From: Polymyxa betae A26-41
Lineage: Eukaryota; Protista; Endomyxa: Phytomyxea
Length of the DNA stretch: 64,000 nt
Reading direction: 5' to 3'
Assembly (NCBI GenBank): GCA_003693705.1
Contig: RBZT01000696.1
Span: 4,232 to 68,231 of the forward strand
The position numbers were made by a program, and so were the translations under genes. The number at the start of each line of letters is the position of its first letter. Position 1 is the stretch's first letter. Below, one piece after another: positions 1 to 11,845 of the stretch. Below the pieces are notes generated by a model. The model did not search any database and was not told where the DNA came from. It saw nothing but the letters and a program-made list of their open reading frames with translations.

Positions 1-834
1 TCAAATCCACATAAATTTTCCCCTTTTTAACCACACAGTCAGTATACAGTAGTGAATTTGTTCTCAGAAGCAAAGCGCTGTTAATAAAAACAGGCAGAGC
101 CGTCAGACAATGGAGGTGTTTTCTTTAAGTGAGAAATTGATACGGATGGTAGACGTAGCGAAATCGAGTTACAGCTTGTTTACTTCAGATCTGACTGGTT
201 TCGTCACAAATCCATCGATATATTGACCACTCCCAGCCATCAGAGGGCAGATCCTCTATCAAAAGTCACTTCTTTTTTCGACAGGAATTCTTGACCAGCG
301 TCTTACTGCTATCTGAGAGTAAACTTTCACCCAAATTGGCGACGGTTTCTCCAAGTTTTGTTAGTTTTGAAAACTGCCAAATTTCGAGGATTCAGACAGA
401 TAAGCAAGATCGAGATTTAATGATATAAGAGAGGAATGCGGAGAGGCGACGATTGGCGACATTTCGGACACGTATAATCGCTATCTGCAGGGAGTGATTG
501 GCGCCACTTCTCCGCACATTGCCGATGGAAGAAGTGGATCTCACAGGGCATCTTACGGTGCTGCACGGGGGTCGTACTGGATCTCGCCTGTCGCAGATAC
601 GGTCAGTAACACAGCGTTAGAAAAAACACTTCGCCCGGTGATCCGGAACAAATTGTCATTTTTTAGTACGGCTGCAAAAAAAGAACAAAAACATTGTTAG
701 AAACGGAAACGAAAGAGAAAACGGAAAGTGAATCATAAACAGTGATTTATTGAAATGAAAAGGTCACGGTCTCGATTATAGAAACACCGGTTTAAACATT
801 GCAAGATTTCAGCAAACGTTTTGGAAAAAACAAA

Positions 835-1365
835 GTCAAAATTTGAGAAAATTTACTCGAGGAGAGGAGTCCGGTGAGGACTCCGATGGAGGCTGCTCCA
901 GCATTGACGTCAGACAGATTCCGCAATCATCAATAAAGCAGTCCTGGAACTAAACACGCCCCCCATTACTATGCAGCATAACATTTAATAGCATTCAGGA
1001 CCTTCTCGCGATCCTGTTCGGTGATTTCTGGCTCGGCAAAATAGCGCAGCAGGGGAGGGATATCGTAATCCGCGAACAACGTGAGTTGGTTTTCGACGTT
1101 TCGGATTTCCGAGATCCGCCGATAGCACACCGAAATGACGTACCCGAACACTAACGGGTACGGAAGCAGGCAGATATAGCTGTCGGCATTCAGAAAGGGC
1201 GTCGGAGCCGCGGCCGGCTCCAGGCCGCTCTCCAGCAGAATCCGCCCTCTGAAACCCGATCACACCGAGCATGACAGATTCGTATGAGTAACGTTACCTG
1301 GCCGATCCGAGCCACGAAAACATCGACAGGACCAGTACGACGGCGACGACCAGGCGTGGATTCAT
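835..1365 (-). CDS. Small secreted Cys-containing orphan protein (spliced; candidate effector)
   Basis: ATG at 1365 gives signal-peptide-like MNPRLVVAVVLVLSMFSWLGSARG. GT-AG intron 1249-1297 joins it in frame to ORF 969..1151. A probable second intron 950-1001 adds FQDCFIDDCGIC. The 3' end is uncertain. Confidence 0.6.
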
Positions 1366-3458
1366 CTCGTCTGGGATTGATGTTGGTCTTTTGACCGATT
1401 GTGGGGAAAGTCGGAGTCGGGGCCCCCCTTTCACGGACTGCGCGCACTTTCTACCCACACTGTGGCTGGAAATTCTCCGGGTTTGATCAATTGAGAAGAG
1501 CTGTGCTTTGAATCGAGTGATTTATTGACGCCCGATAGATGCGATTGGCGGACTGCGACAGACGCCCAACCGCGGCACAGAGCTCAATGAATGACATCAT
1601 AGAGGCGAGATCGCCACAGCTGTTACTGGCGAGATGGACTCAATTTAAACTTCAAACAATTTTTAAGAGAAATTCAAAAGAATAATCGGTATCATCCATC
1701 CAGCCCATTCTCAAAACGTTAGAGTTGCCGGCCTGCTACAACGATTTTCTCAGCCTGCGAGGATCCTGTTGATCAGAACCAATGAAGCTACATAAAGGCG
1801 CAGCCTTGATGCTCGATGGTTTGTAATACACAGTCGTTGAGCGCTTGCAAGAGCTATTGTTTCCGGTCTAAAATGCAGGCTCGCCTTGAGGTCTGCTGAC
1901 GAGAGAATTCCTTTCGCTGTTTCAATCTCGGTCGACGTGGCAGCAGAAGTTTGTGGCTCGTCCGACACGAAACATGACAGAAAGTCGTTTCTGCAGCATT
2001 TTGATGTTCGTAACATGAACGACCCCGATATGTGATGACCATTTTAAAACTGTGATAAAGAGCGCACACTGTTTTCAACAGCGAACCTGTGGTGTGTAAA
2101 GTTGCGATTTATTCGAATCACTATCCTCATTACACGCGTGTAGCACGTATCGAAAGTATCGCAGTTTGTCATTTTTGACAACAATGCTTTGAACTGTCTA
2201 CAAAACATTCCGTCATGTAAAAAGGCGTTTTTCGTCGTCCATCAAGCCCGGACGGATTCCGCTTTCTTTGAGCAGCAGATACTGCATGTTTCTGATGACT
2301 TTCATATTGTACACATTGCGCAATAGTGTGGCATCGCTTGTTCCCGAAACATTCGCCGTCTGATTGCGATTCCAACGCCACCACGGACTCGGCAGGATTA
2401 TCTGGAACATGATCACGAATGTCTCCCTCGCATGTGAATTATATTGTTTATAATAAAACTCACCGTAAATCATTACGCTTCCAACCCGCTCAATCGTACA
2501 TATGGGAATAGTCTCTCTTCATTACAATTTCCAGCATTCAGATAGCCGTCTCGCTCGTCTTCCCATATCATGTCATGGGGAAGATCGCCTCCGCCCATCT
2601 AAGCGCGTTCAATCAGGGCGCGCTGTATGATGTTTCGGAACAACAATGTTTGATTGGCCTTGGTCTGGGTATCGTCGGACTTTTGATCACTGAAGATCAT
2701 GCGATCTGCGGTGCAATCCATGAGAGCGTATCTTCGCACGCTCTGGGTGAACATCATCGCAGATACGTTACCGTCGTCATCAGTCGTTAGATTTGCCGCA
2801 GCGATCAGGTCGTACCTGGCACCAAACTGGACCCGGATTCGTTGGATCACGAATTCTCTCCTCCCAATACAAACACGTTCCCCGATGTCAAGCCCGTCGC
2901 AAATTCCGTCACAGCCAGACGCTGTTTCGTCAACTTTGTCACTCGTTCCGAGTCGGACAACTGAGAGCGAACATACCAAAGAATATGACGAAGAGGCTTT
3001 GGTCCATTGTTGTCTTATCTCAAATCGGACTGGCGGCGTGAAGTAGGCGATCGTGAAGCTGCTGTAGTAGTCGGTGACCGGCATGATGTACCGAGGTCTG
3101 AGAGCCCTGCATGCTTTCCACCTTCGTTGGCTCGCAGACCACGTCTGAGGTCCTCCCGGGGGCTCACTCCCGAGTTGATTTTCATCAGGGTACAGCTGCT
3201 CGGGACTTGGCGTCAGGGCGCAGATCTTGCAGCTACAGATCGATGTCCTGCTAGCTTTCGTCTCGTCGATTGTCATGCCAGCGGCGCGGCTCTTGCTGCC
3301 ATGTTTTAGCACGAGTTGGGAATTGCAACTTCATCATCTCACGTGCATTTTGAAAGAGAAAGAGACCATTTACATCTTCCAGCAACGACATACCCCGACT
3401 GTTTTGAGCTGTGAAAAGGTTCTCAATCACCTGCAGACATAGATCTCGAAAAAAAGAA

Positions 3459-3532
3459 TGGAGAATGGGGTAGTCGAAACCCCGACCTCGTCGTTGCTAA
3501 CGACGCGTGATGACCAACTACACCAATTCCCC
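3459..3532 (-). tRNA. tRNA-Ala(AGC), copy 1
   Basis: GGGGAAT TG GTGT AGTTGGTCA TCAC G CGTCG TTAGCAA CGACG AGGTC GGGGT TTCGACT ACCCC ATTCTCC A. Has the G3:U70 Ala determinant, A73 and a downstream oligo-T terminator. Confidence 0.92.
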
Positions 3533-3556
3533 GTGTTGGTAACATTAAGCAGGATA

Positions 3557-3919
3557 TTACTTTATTGATGGTAAGATCACTTTCTTTTTAAAATTCAAGT
3601 ATCGAAGGGACTTCTTTTCTTCAGCGACATCTTGAACCGGATTCCTTTCCATCACTTGATAGCGCTGTGGATTCTCCAGAACGCCGACATAGATTGCCTG
3701 GCTATGAAACAGGCGCCAGAGCGGGCGCCCATCGAAATCGAACTCGCCCGTCGGCTGAATAAACCCGCAGACATAGAGGGCGTCATAGATCCTATTCCCG
3801 TGCGGTGTGATGAAACATTTGGTCCCCGGATACAGGCAGCCGCGCCATTCTTGCATCCCTACCGGGCGTATCGGCCCCGGGAATCGAGGCCGTGGTGGTT
3901 GGGAGATGAAGCTGGGCAT
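3557..3919 (-). CDS. Orphan 120-aa protein ending 24 nt upstream of tRNA-Ala copy 1
   Basis: Intact ATG-TAA ORF with globular composition and weak similarity to ORF 7397..7825. Confidence 0.55.
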   Translation of the reverse strand: MPSFISQPPRPRFPGPIRPVGMQEWRGCLYPGTKCFITPHGNRIYDALYVCGFIQPTGEFDFDGRPLWRLFHSQAIYVGVLENPQRYQVMERNPVQDVAEEKKSLRYLNFKKKVILPSIK

Positions 3920-4183
3920 ACTTGTAGGCTTGATAGTTGGTTGGGTTGCAGAATGAGCCAGAGATAGAGAATCGGCCCGGGTTATATGTTAAGCCGGCGA
4001 GTTCTAGCCATATGAAGAGGATGAGGTTGGATGGGTGGTGGACGGGGTCCCTGCTGGTCTTAGAACCTCCAAGAACGACCGAGCCGATCATGTGGTGAGT
4101 ATGAGGTAGGTGGGCTCAGTCTGTGGCCGACTGGCGATAGCCCCAGTAATCGATTCAGTAATGCTTTATTTATTGTGTCCGTC

Positions 4184-4339
4184 GACGGATGGAAGGCTGC
4201 GTGTCCGATGACGTATGGAAGGCTGCGCGACTGTTGACGGCTAAAAGGCTGCGTGCCCGATGACGGATGGAAGGCTGCGTGCCCGATGACGGATGGAAGG
4301 CTGCGCGACTGTTGACAGATGGAAGGCTGCGCATCCTTT
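4184..4339. repeat. 26-bp minisatellite, 6 units plus a degenerate 7th
   Basis: Unit gacggatggaaggctgcg(tgYccgat|cgactgtt) repeated in tandem. Confidence 0.95.
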
Positions 4340-4654
4340 GACAGGCAGAAGCCTTTCCGTCTTGTACAGTAACGTGTTTTTTTATCAAACGGCGGAGTCA
4401 GGTTCTGGATTCCTATCATTGAATGGATCTCATATTACTATTCGAGAATCTCTGAAGTCTGAACGTATGGATGGTGGCCGCCCCCACATGGGCAAGAAAA
4501 CGTAGCCCCAAGTTCTGGCCGCTTTCGTGGTGTCAGGTCACTCAAGTGGGCCGAGCCTTGGACGGAGTATTGTCAGCATAATATGGTGCTGCATACTGAC
4601 GATCACATGACGGAGACGGGGCATCAATCAATAGCAAACGGATTTTATTGTACT

Positions 4655-6630
4655 TTACACGGAAGAATGTTCAGAGCGTGTCGAGGACAGGCGCACGTCG
4701 AGCTGGCCCAAATTCGGGGTCATGATTATAGGACTTTCGTAATGATGAAAGAGTTGTGTCATTTGGTGATATGGTACAGAGATACCCTTTGATAGGACCT
4801 CATTACGTAGAAGATCTCCAACCTTTCTACAGAGACCTCCATTATTCTTCACCCATTCTTGTGCAGATCTTGCTATACCCCAAGAATACGTATATCCATA
4901 CAACAATGCTGAGTTCGGGGGTTTCAGCATACGCGGACCCAGATACTCTTCCGCCGGAGATAGCCATCCGAGACCGTACTGGCTCCTCAGCTCAGCAATA
5001 AACGAATTGAAATCGCTAGGATCGTGAGTGATACGATTCCAATGATATCCAGCAATACCATTGAGTAAATCTTTGAACTTTCTGAGCGCATCGAAGACAA
5101 CGTATTCATTCTGAATCTGAGAGATTTGTTCTTCAGTTAATGTAGGATCAATATGCTGCAGAACTTGGGTATCAATCGTCCACATCTCATTCATTTGGGA
5201 TGGAAACTCAGACCAATCCGTAGGGCCATGGCACGCTGATAATATCGAATATTTCGGGTTCGAGAACATAAAATGTAGAGCATGACCGAATTCATGAAAC
5301 AGGCTGTTCATCTAAACAAGGAATTAGCTACGAAGCCCTAGAACATCAAGTACTTGCGTAACATCCATATGAGAGGAATTCGCTGGGAGCACAATGTTAA
5401 TGATGAAGGCGGCTTGATCAAGATGAAGATTGGATGATCTCGTCATCAACGGCGTTATGAAGTTCCTAGGGTTTTTGTTCGGGCGACCTATGAGATCCAG
5501 GAATAGAAGGCCGAGCTTAGTGCCATCGTCCTCCTGTATCTCGAATACACGAACATGAGGATGTAACTTGGGGATGTTGCTGCGCTCAGTGAATTGTAAT
5601 CCGTAGAGCTGTTCGGCAACGAAGAAGATTCCTTTCCAGATAACGTCTTCAATTAGGAAGCGATTCTGGTTTAATGAGGATAGTCGAGTTCGGACTTCAT
5701 TCGCATATTCTTTAAAGGTGTACGAGCTCCGGTCTAGCTGCGTTTGAAAATGCATTATATCCTAAAACCATATTGTCAGATATCATGATGGAAGTTGACT
5801 TTAGGCTGAATAGAGAATGAGAAAAAAGAAACATCACGAAAAGTGAAAAGTTTGGGCGGCCTTACAATTTGGTTGAATAAATCAGCATATTGACTCAATG
5901 TAGATTCAACTTGTTGAACAGATCCAGCACATGACCGTGAGATTCTTGAACTTGCAACATTATCATATTGTTGTGAGAGCTGGACCCTCTCTGTTTGTGC
6001 CAAGATCAGACGTCGATACGACGACAGATCAAGAATGAATTTGGAGCTCGGAAACTGCCTGTCAAGCTTCATCATCTCCGTCGTCAACTCATTGAATCGT
6101 TCCTGACTGATCTGATTGAGGTCGGCGCCGCAATCTCGGAAATGTGCCTCAGCTGCTAAGGCAAATCGGTGCTCTTCATCCTGCTCTGTCATCGCATCCA
6201 CAACTGATCGAATACGCTGATAAACACTCGTGATCTGGAACAGAGCTGGGTCTATTAGTTTTAAGAATAGCAGGGCTCGATTGTAATCCATCTCATTGCC
6301 ATTAGCATGAGCTACACAGGAAAATCGTGCAGAGTTCCATTTATAGAAAAAGGGATTCAGTGGTAGAAGAGTATTCTCAAATGTAGGAGGATCTGGATTA
6401 GATCCGATACGAGCAAGATCATCTTTCAATTCCTGAATCAAACGTTGACCATATTGTGGCACCTTAATCGTCTTGTAACATGATCTCAGTATAACGGAAT
6501 GACCATTCTGATTACGTTACATACCGGCATGGTATACTCTTTTGTGTCGATATGTTGATATATTTGGTGGGTATGCTCGGAAAAAGCAAAAGTTTCGACG
6601 GTGGTTCGAACGCGAGGAGCATGCCCGTGT
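4655..6630 (-). CDS. Peptidase family M3 (peptidyl-dipeptidase Dcp/oligopeptidase-like), spliced
   Basis: Motifs FHEFGHALH, DWSEFPSQMNE, NPDPPTFENT and LGLLFLDLIGRPNK. Intron 5312-5353 joins MDVTQ to MNSLFHEFGH. Further introns lie near 5762-5832 and 6463-6524. The start is uncertain. Confidence 0.85.
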
Positions 6631-7009
6631 CCAAAATCGCGGCCGTTGGCGCAAGCTATATTTTAGCAGATGATTCACCGCCATATCGAACGACAGTGCC
6701 TGTCTGCCTGATCCATAAATAAACGCCTCCGGTCGGGTTTAAACAGAATTTGAATAGCGCTTCTTTTACTTTTATGCGCTCAGATTTCTCCTTTCGTCTT
6801 TCACTTCCTATCGGTCGTCGTCGTTGCCTATGATGGTATTGGTCTCTCTAATAAAACACAACCACAATTGATTAAGGTAATTCAATCATTCAATCATTTA
6901 TTCACGAAAACTTAAATCATTAATAGTCCTGACTAATATTTGCTGTTTCTTATCATTCTTAGTGTTCTTCTTCTTACTTGCTTTATATTTTATCTCCATC
7001 TTCTCCAGT

Positions 7010-7145
7010 TTAGTATTCATTCGTTTGTCCATACAGGAACGCCGTGTTGACATCCAATTGCCTCAGATGTAGTCCAGCATGTGCCGCGTACGCCAACATT
7101 ACAAGCAGTGAACTCAACGAGACGGCAGGAGCGAGGACGTAAAAA
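7010..7145 (-). mobile_element. Ty1/copia reverse transcriptase fragment
   Basis: LAPAVSLSSLLVMLAYAAHAGLHLRQLDVNTAFLYG matches the copia RT motif FAPV..L.S.R.LLA.AA..D.EL.QMDV.TAFLNG. It is followed by stops. Confidence 0.8.
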
Positions 7146-7206
7146 TAAAGGTCTTGGGCTGCGAAACGGTTCTCAATCACTTGAAGAAACAATCCTGAAA
7201 AAAGTA

Positions 7207-7280
7207 TGGAGAATGGGGTAGTCGAAACCCCGACCTCGTCGTTGCTAACGACGCGTGATGACCAACTACACCAATTCCCC
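7207..7280 (-). tRNA. tRNA-Ala(AGC), copy 2 (identical to copy 1)
   Basis: 74/74 identical to 3459-3532, with oligo-T downstream. Confidence 0.92.
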
Positions 7281-7396
7281 AGATTGGTAACGATCTTCTC
7301 GTAACGCAACTCTTCTGCAAGCAGCGATTCGTCTATCTTCCGATCAGGGACGTTACCGCAGGATCGAATCTTAGAAATGCTAAAGGTTTTGGTTCT

Positions 7397-7825
7397 TCAT
7401 TCTTTGCGATATTTTTGGAGTTTATATTCCTGACAAAATCTGGAGTCGGTTGGCCAAATATTATGGCAAAGAAGGACGAACCAACTTCCATCATTTAACA
7501 AGCGGAGCCTCCCATCATGCATTGAAATCGATTCGAAATTCTTTAAAACCCACATTGCTCTTGTTCCGCCCGGTGTCATGAAGTTAAATACTTGTATAAA
7601 ACGCCCTTCGCACATTCGCAGGGGATTGCAGCCGAAAGAGGGGCTCAAAGTCTCAAACGAATTCAAATATGTGGAGCCGTACCGGTATGTAAAACGATAT
7701 TTTCTTCCAGAGAATGCAAACACGATTTGATTGATGGCTGAATTCAGAGGACTGTGTTTTATGGGATTTGGATGTTCCTTTATTACAGGCGGCCTTGAGA
7801 AACATGCATGAAAATTTCTAGACAA
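7397..7825 (-). CDS. Orphan protein upstream of tRNA-Ala copy 2 (5' end probably spliced)
   Basis: 142-codon open frame sharing SxPP..P.PI, LxxC.G.FIQ and G.R..W.L motifs with 3557..3919. Confidence 0.5.
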   Translation of the reverse strand: MSRNFHACFSRPPVIKEHPNPIKHSPLNSAINQIVFAFSGRKYRFTYRYGSTYLNSFETLSPSFGCNPLRMCEGRFIQVFNFMTPGGTRAMWVLKNFESISMHDGRLRLLNDGSWFVLLCHNIWPTDSRFCQEYKLQKYRKE

Positions 7826-8234
7826 ATAGCATTGATTGAGATGGTCATAATCAGGGACGAATCCAGGGAAGAGTGAGGCCTAGAGAGGCCATGCCACCCC
7901 GTTCCCCTGAGAAACTGTTACAGAAGATCTCTAGATAAACAGTAGAATGGGCTCAGATCCATCGAAGAATGCTTTTCCCTTTATTATGGAGCATGTCTTG
8001 ATCTCCATTACAATGTAACTAGCGAGCTTTTGCTACAAATCAACTTGGTAATACTGCTCGACCCAAACCCGCAGGTGCTTTAAAGACATATTAACCAGAA
8101 CCTTAAACCCTAACATATGGTCAAATTCGCACAGCACACAGGGACGCTCATAAGGCAGAAAACGGCCGATCTACTACAAAGCCGAAGGTCACGCCGGACC
8201 CTGTTCATTCTGCTAACCGACCTCTCATTTCAAC

Positions 8235-8880
8235 ATGTCCTGGATTAACAGCCTGCTCATGCCGAGCGCTCAGCTCGGGGTCACTCGCTGTAGCGACCCG
8301 CCCGTCTCCCCGGGCCGGTACGTCCGCCCAGGGCGAAAGCACCCCTGGGACTGGACCCGCGACGACTCCTGGGGTCCGCAGCGCTCTCACGACGTCCGAG
8401 GGACGCCGACAATGCGGATCTGTACGCCGGTTGTCCACCTGGACTTGCTCGGCGATTGCAGATGGACAGAACCGAGCAGTCCGCGACCCAGAAAGCGTTA
8501 GCCGAATTGTGATAGACCCCATGACCCCATGGGGCCAGACTCGGCGGTATTTCTCACTCTGGACTGAAAGGAAAGCGAACTTGACTTATCTACGAATACC
8601 GGCAACCGACCGGGATGAAGAGTTTAAGGACAGGAATGAAGTTAATGGTCAGGCGTTAAGTCATTATTATGTGGACTTATCAGCAGAAAGAAACGTCATA
8701 TTACAGAGAGAACAGGTCTGTAATATAATACTCATCATCATCATCATCATAATCGCGTTCACCATCGGCGGCATCGTTACATTTCTATTCATGATCACGT
8801 TACTATGGGCCAGCAACCGATACCATCACGTTCGTCATCTGATTAACAACCAGAGCCGCTTCATGCAGAATCCCGACTAA
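8235..8880 (+). CDS. Hypothetical protein with C-terminal hydrophobic hairpin
   Basis: Intron 8318-8381 joins ORF 8235 in frame with ORF 8431..8880. Long Ile-rich TM segment; AATAAA follows the stop. Confidence 0.5.
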
Positions 8881-8973
8881 AACAAATAAATAACAGCTTT
8901 GGAAACAAATAGAGGCGGGTAGGATCGCCTGCCGGGGGCGAGTACGTCCATCGATCGGCATCGAGATAGGTTA

Positions 8974-11816
8974 ATGGGGCTGGGCCGGCATGGACCTAGC
9001 GGCAACGGGGCCACGACGGGGCCGTACCGGGCCCTGGCCGCGCATTATACCGTCGGGCGGACGATCGGCGAAGGGACGTTCGGGAAGGTGCGCCGGGGCG
9101 TGCACCGCCTGACCCGGATCAAAGTCGCCATCAAGATCCTGGAGAAACGCCGCATTAAGGACGCCGACGATGTCGAGCGGGTCAGCCGCGAGATCCATAT
9201 CATGAAGCATATGAAGCACGCAAATATCATCAACCTGTTTGAGGTGTGGCTCTGTGACGCACCCTGTTTCGACGCACTTTTTAACTCACCTTTTTGATTT
9301 TTTCGGAAATTTCGGATTCTTTCATCAACAACGCACTTTTTTCAAAGCACATTGGGAAATTGGCGATTTTTTGTTGAACGAATATGCCGAATTTTCATGA
9401 TTTTTTGAAGGGTTTCAAACAATTTTATGAACCGATTTTTTTGCGAATTCTCTCTTCGGAGCCAAATTTTCGTAAACCTTTTCACATTGCTTTGATATAA
9501 TCGTCATAACAGCGTGGCAGGTGCTCGATACGAAACGGTTCGTGTTCCTGATCATGGAGTACGCTGCAGGCGGCGAACTCTTCGACTTCATCGTGCGCAA
9601 CACGCGCGTCGACGAACGCCTCGCCGCCGAATTCTTCCACCATATCGTCAACGGCATCGATTTCTGCCACAAAGCCAACGTCATCCATCGCGACCTGAAA
9701 CCAGGTAACATTTCCGCACTCGGGGAACACACGCGGGCCAGTACGCCCACCGATGATTGATAGAGAACCTGTTACTGGACGCCAACCTGAACATCAAGAT
9801 CGTGGATTTCGGCCTCGGGAATATTCAGACGCCGGACGGGCTGCTGACGACGGCGTGCGGGTCGCCGTGCTACGCGCCCCCGGAGATGATCCAGGGGCAG
9901 CCCTACGTGGGGTCGCGGGCTGATATCTGGTCCGCCGGGGTCATTCTATACGCTCTGCTCTGCGGGTATCTCCCCTTTGAAGACTCCAACACCTCCGTCC
10001 TTTACAAGAAAATCTGCCAGGGCCGGTACGCCGCACGCGCTTTATTTTTCGAATTGCGGTTTCCGAATGCAAAAATTGTTGGTTTTCCGTTTTGCTTTTT
10101 TTGGGGGTGATTTCCGTTTGGTGAATGAATGAATGTTGAAAAAACAACACATTTGGTGATGGATTGGGTGGGCAGGTACGACGTGCCGGATTGGATCTCG
10201 CACTCCGCAAGGGATCTGATAGCGCGCCTGCTGCAGACGGATCCGGACAAACGCCTCTCGGTCGACGATATTCGCCTGCATCCGTGGTATGCGCAGACGG
10301 TCTGCTCCACGGACCCAGGTCGGTCCGCCCGTTTTTCACACCGGCTCGGTTTCCAAAATTCGGGTTTTAGGGTTAGGGTTTTCCATACTGAATCTGTGTG
10401 CCTTATAGGACAGCCATTGGGTAAGACCGAATACGGGACTCGTTCGGACCCGATAGTCGATGACATCATCGAGGAGATGAAACAGCTGGGTTACGATACA
10501 GGCGCGACTGTGAACAGTGTGCTGAACCAGCTGCATGACCATCGACACGCTACATACCAGCTGCTGTTGTATCGTTACAGAATGGTGGATCGCACCTGTA
10601 ACGAAGACGGCGAAGTTCGAGTGTTGCGTCCGCCGATGGCGAGAAATAGCGGTGAGGAGGCGCCGCCGGTGTTCTCCAGTGGCGATGTAACGAAACCGCC
10701 CGTCCTGGCACTGATGCCGCTGTTCGACGGCGCCGTGCGCCCCAGTGGGAGTGTAACATATCGATCGCGAGTGGATCGCTCGACCTATCAGGATGGGTCG
10801 GTAACAGCTAGACGACCTCTTGCTGGTGTCTCTGTCAAATATGATAAAGATCTCCTCATAGAGAGCAGCTCGCATAACAATAAGGTATCTGCGCTTGTCG
10901 AGTTTTACTGCAAAACATTATAACATTTTTTGAAACTTCTAGTTTCTGAAAACTTGTGCGTTTTTTGGACCTTTTTAGGTCGAGTTCGTGGGAGTATAAA
11001 ATTATCTCTGTTTCCAAATTTCTGTGATCTACTTTACTCGGCTTTTTGTGATCTCGGCTCTCCATTTCGATAAATTTGTGGTTTTCCTCTATGGCATTGC
11101 GGACTTTGGAAATGATCGCTTTTCAATGCTGTTCCTGGTTTTCTAACATAATCTTTGTGAAATCGCATTAACAAGGATTGTAGAAGAATGCGGAAGCGAA
11201 GCCAGCTCGGACTGCGAGAAAGGAGCCGGGTGAACGTTCGGCAACAGCTGTGATCCCGCGCCTCACTCTCGATAACATCGACCGGGCTCTGGAACTCACC
11301 ATCAAGCCCACCCGCGCCCCCGTCAGTGCAAGAACCTCTGGAACACGCCCTCGGCCTTCCACGCAAACTCCGCGCACGCATCGACGACCTTCCAATCCGC
11401 CCCAATCCGACGGCTTGGCACCTCAATCACCCGTAGCAAAAAGTACTCTTTTTTTTCTGAATTTTTGATTTTTTTTTCGAATATTTTTAACTTTTTTTTT
11501 ACTGCTTTTCCTTTTGGATTTTTTCTAACCTTGTTTCAGTTTCTGAAAACAAGTTCAATAAAACAGTTTCTGATTTTTTGCAGTTTATGCGCAGCCATCT
11601 CCACGGCGTATTTCGCATCCGCGAATCACCGTCAAAGGCACATCGACGACTCCGCGCCCCACACCGCCCTCCGTCGTTCCCGGCACTCCGCGACGTACGA
11701 CCTCGGCTCGGCGAACGCCGGTCCCGCCACCGGGGCCCCCACCAACACGACCGCGAACGCCTCGGACGTTTAGGTCCGGGCGTCGAAGCTCGATTCCGAC
11801 ATCCTGGCGTGTCTAA
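8974..11816 (+). CDS. SNF1/AMPK-related (CAMKL) Ser/Thr protein kinase, 7 exons
   Basis: Motifs [20 protein letters not shown] (spliced), [15 protein letters not shown] and DIWSAGV, then a UBA-like segment and a P/R/S/T-rich tail. GT-AG introns restore frame. Confidence 0.93.
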
Positions 11817-11845
11817 TACAAACGTAATCGAATTTATTGCTGGGT

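Noticed and set aside
1750-3312. Chain of minus-strand ORFs as an endogenous viral or transposon gene
   Set aside because: No recognisable motif; may be a decayed gene but cannot be assigned.
4184-4339. CRISPR-like array
   Set aside because: There are no unique spacers or cas genes and the context is eukaryotic; it is a minisatellite.
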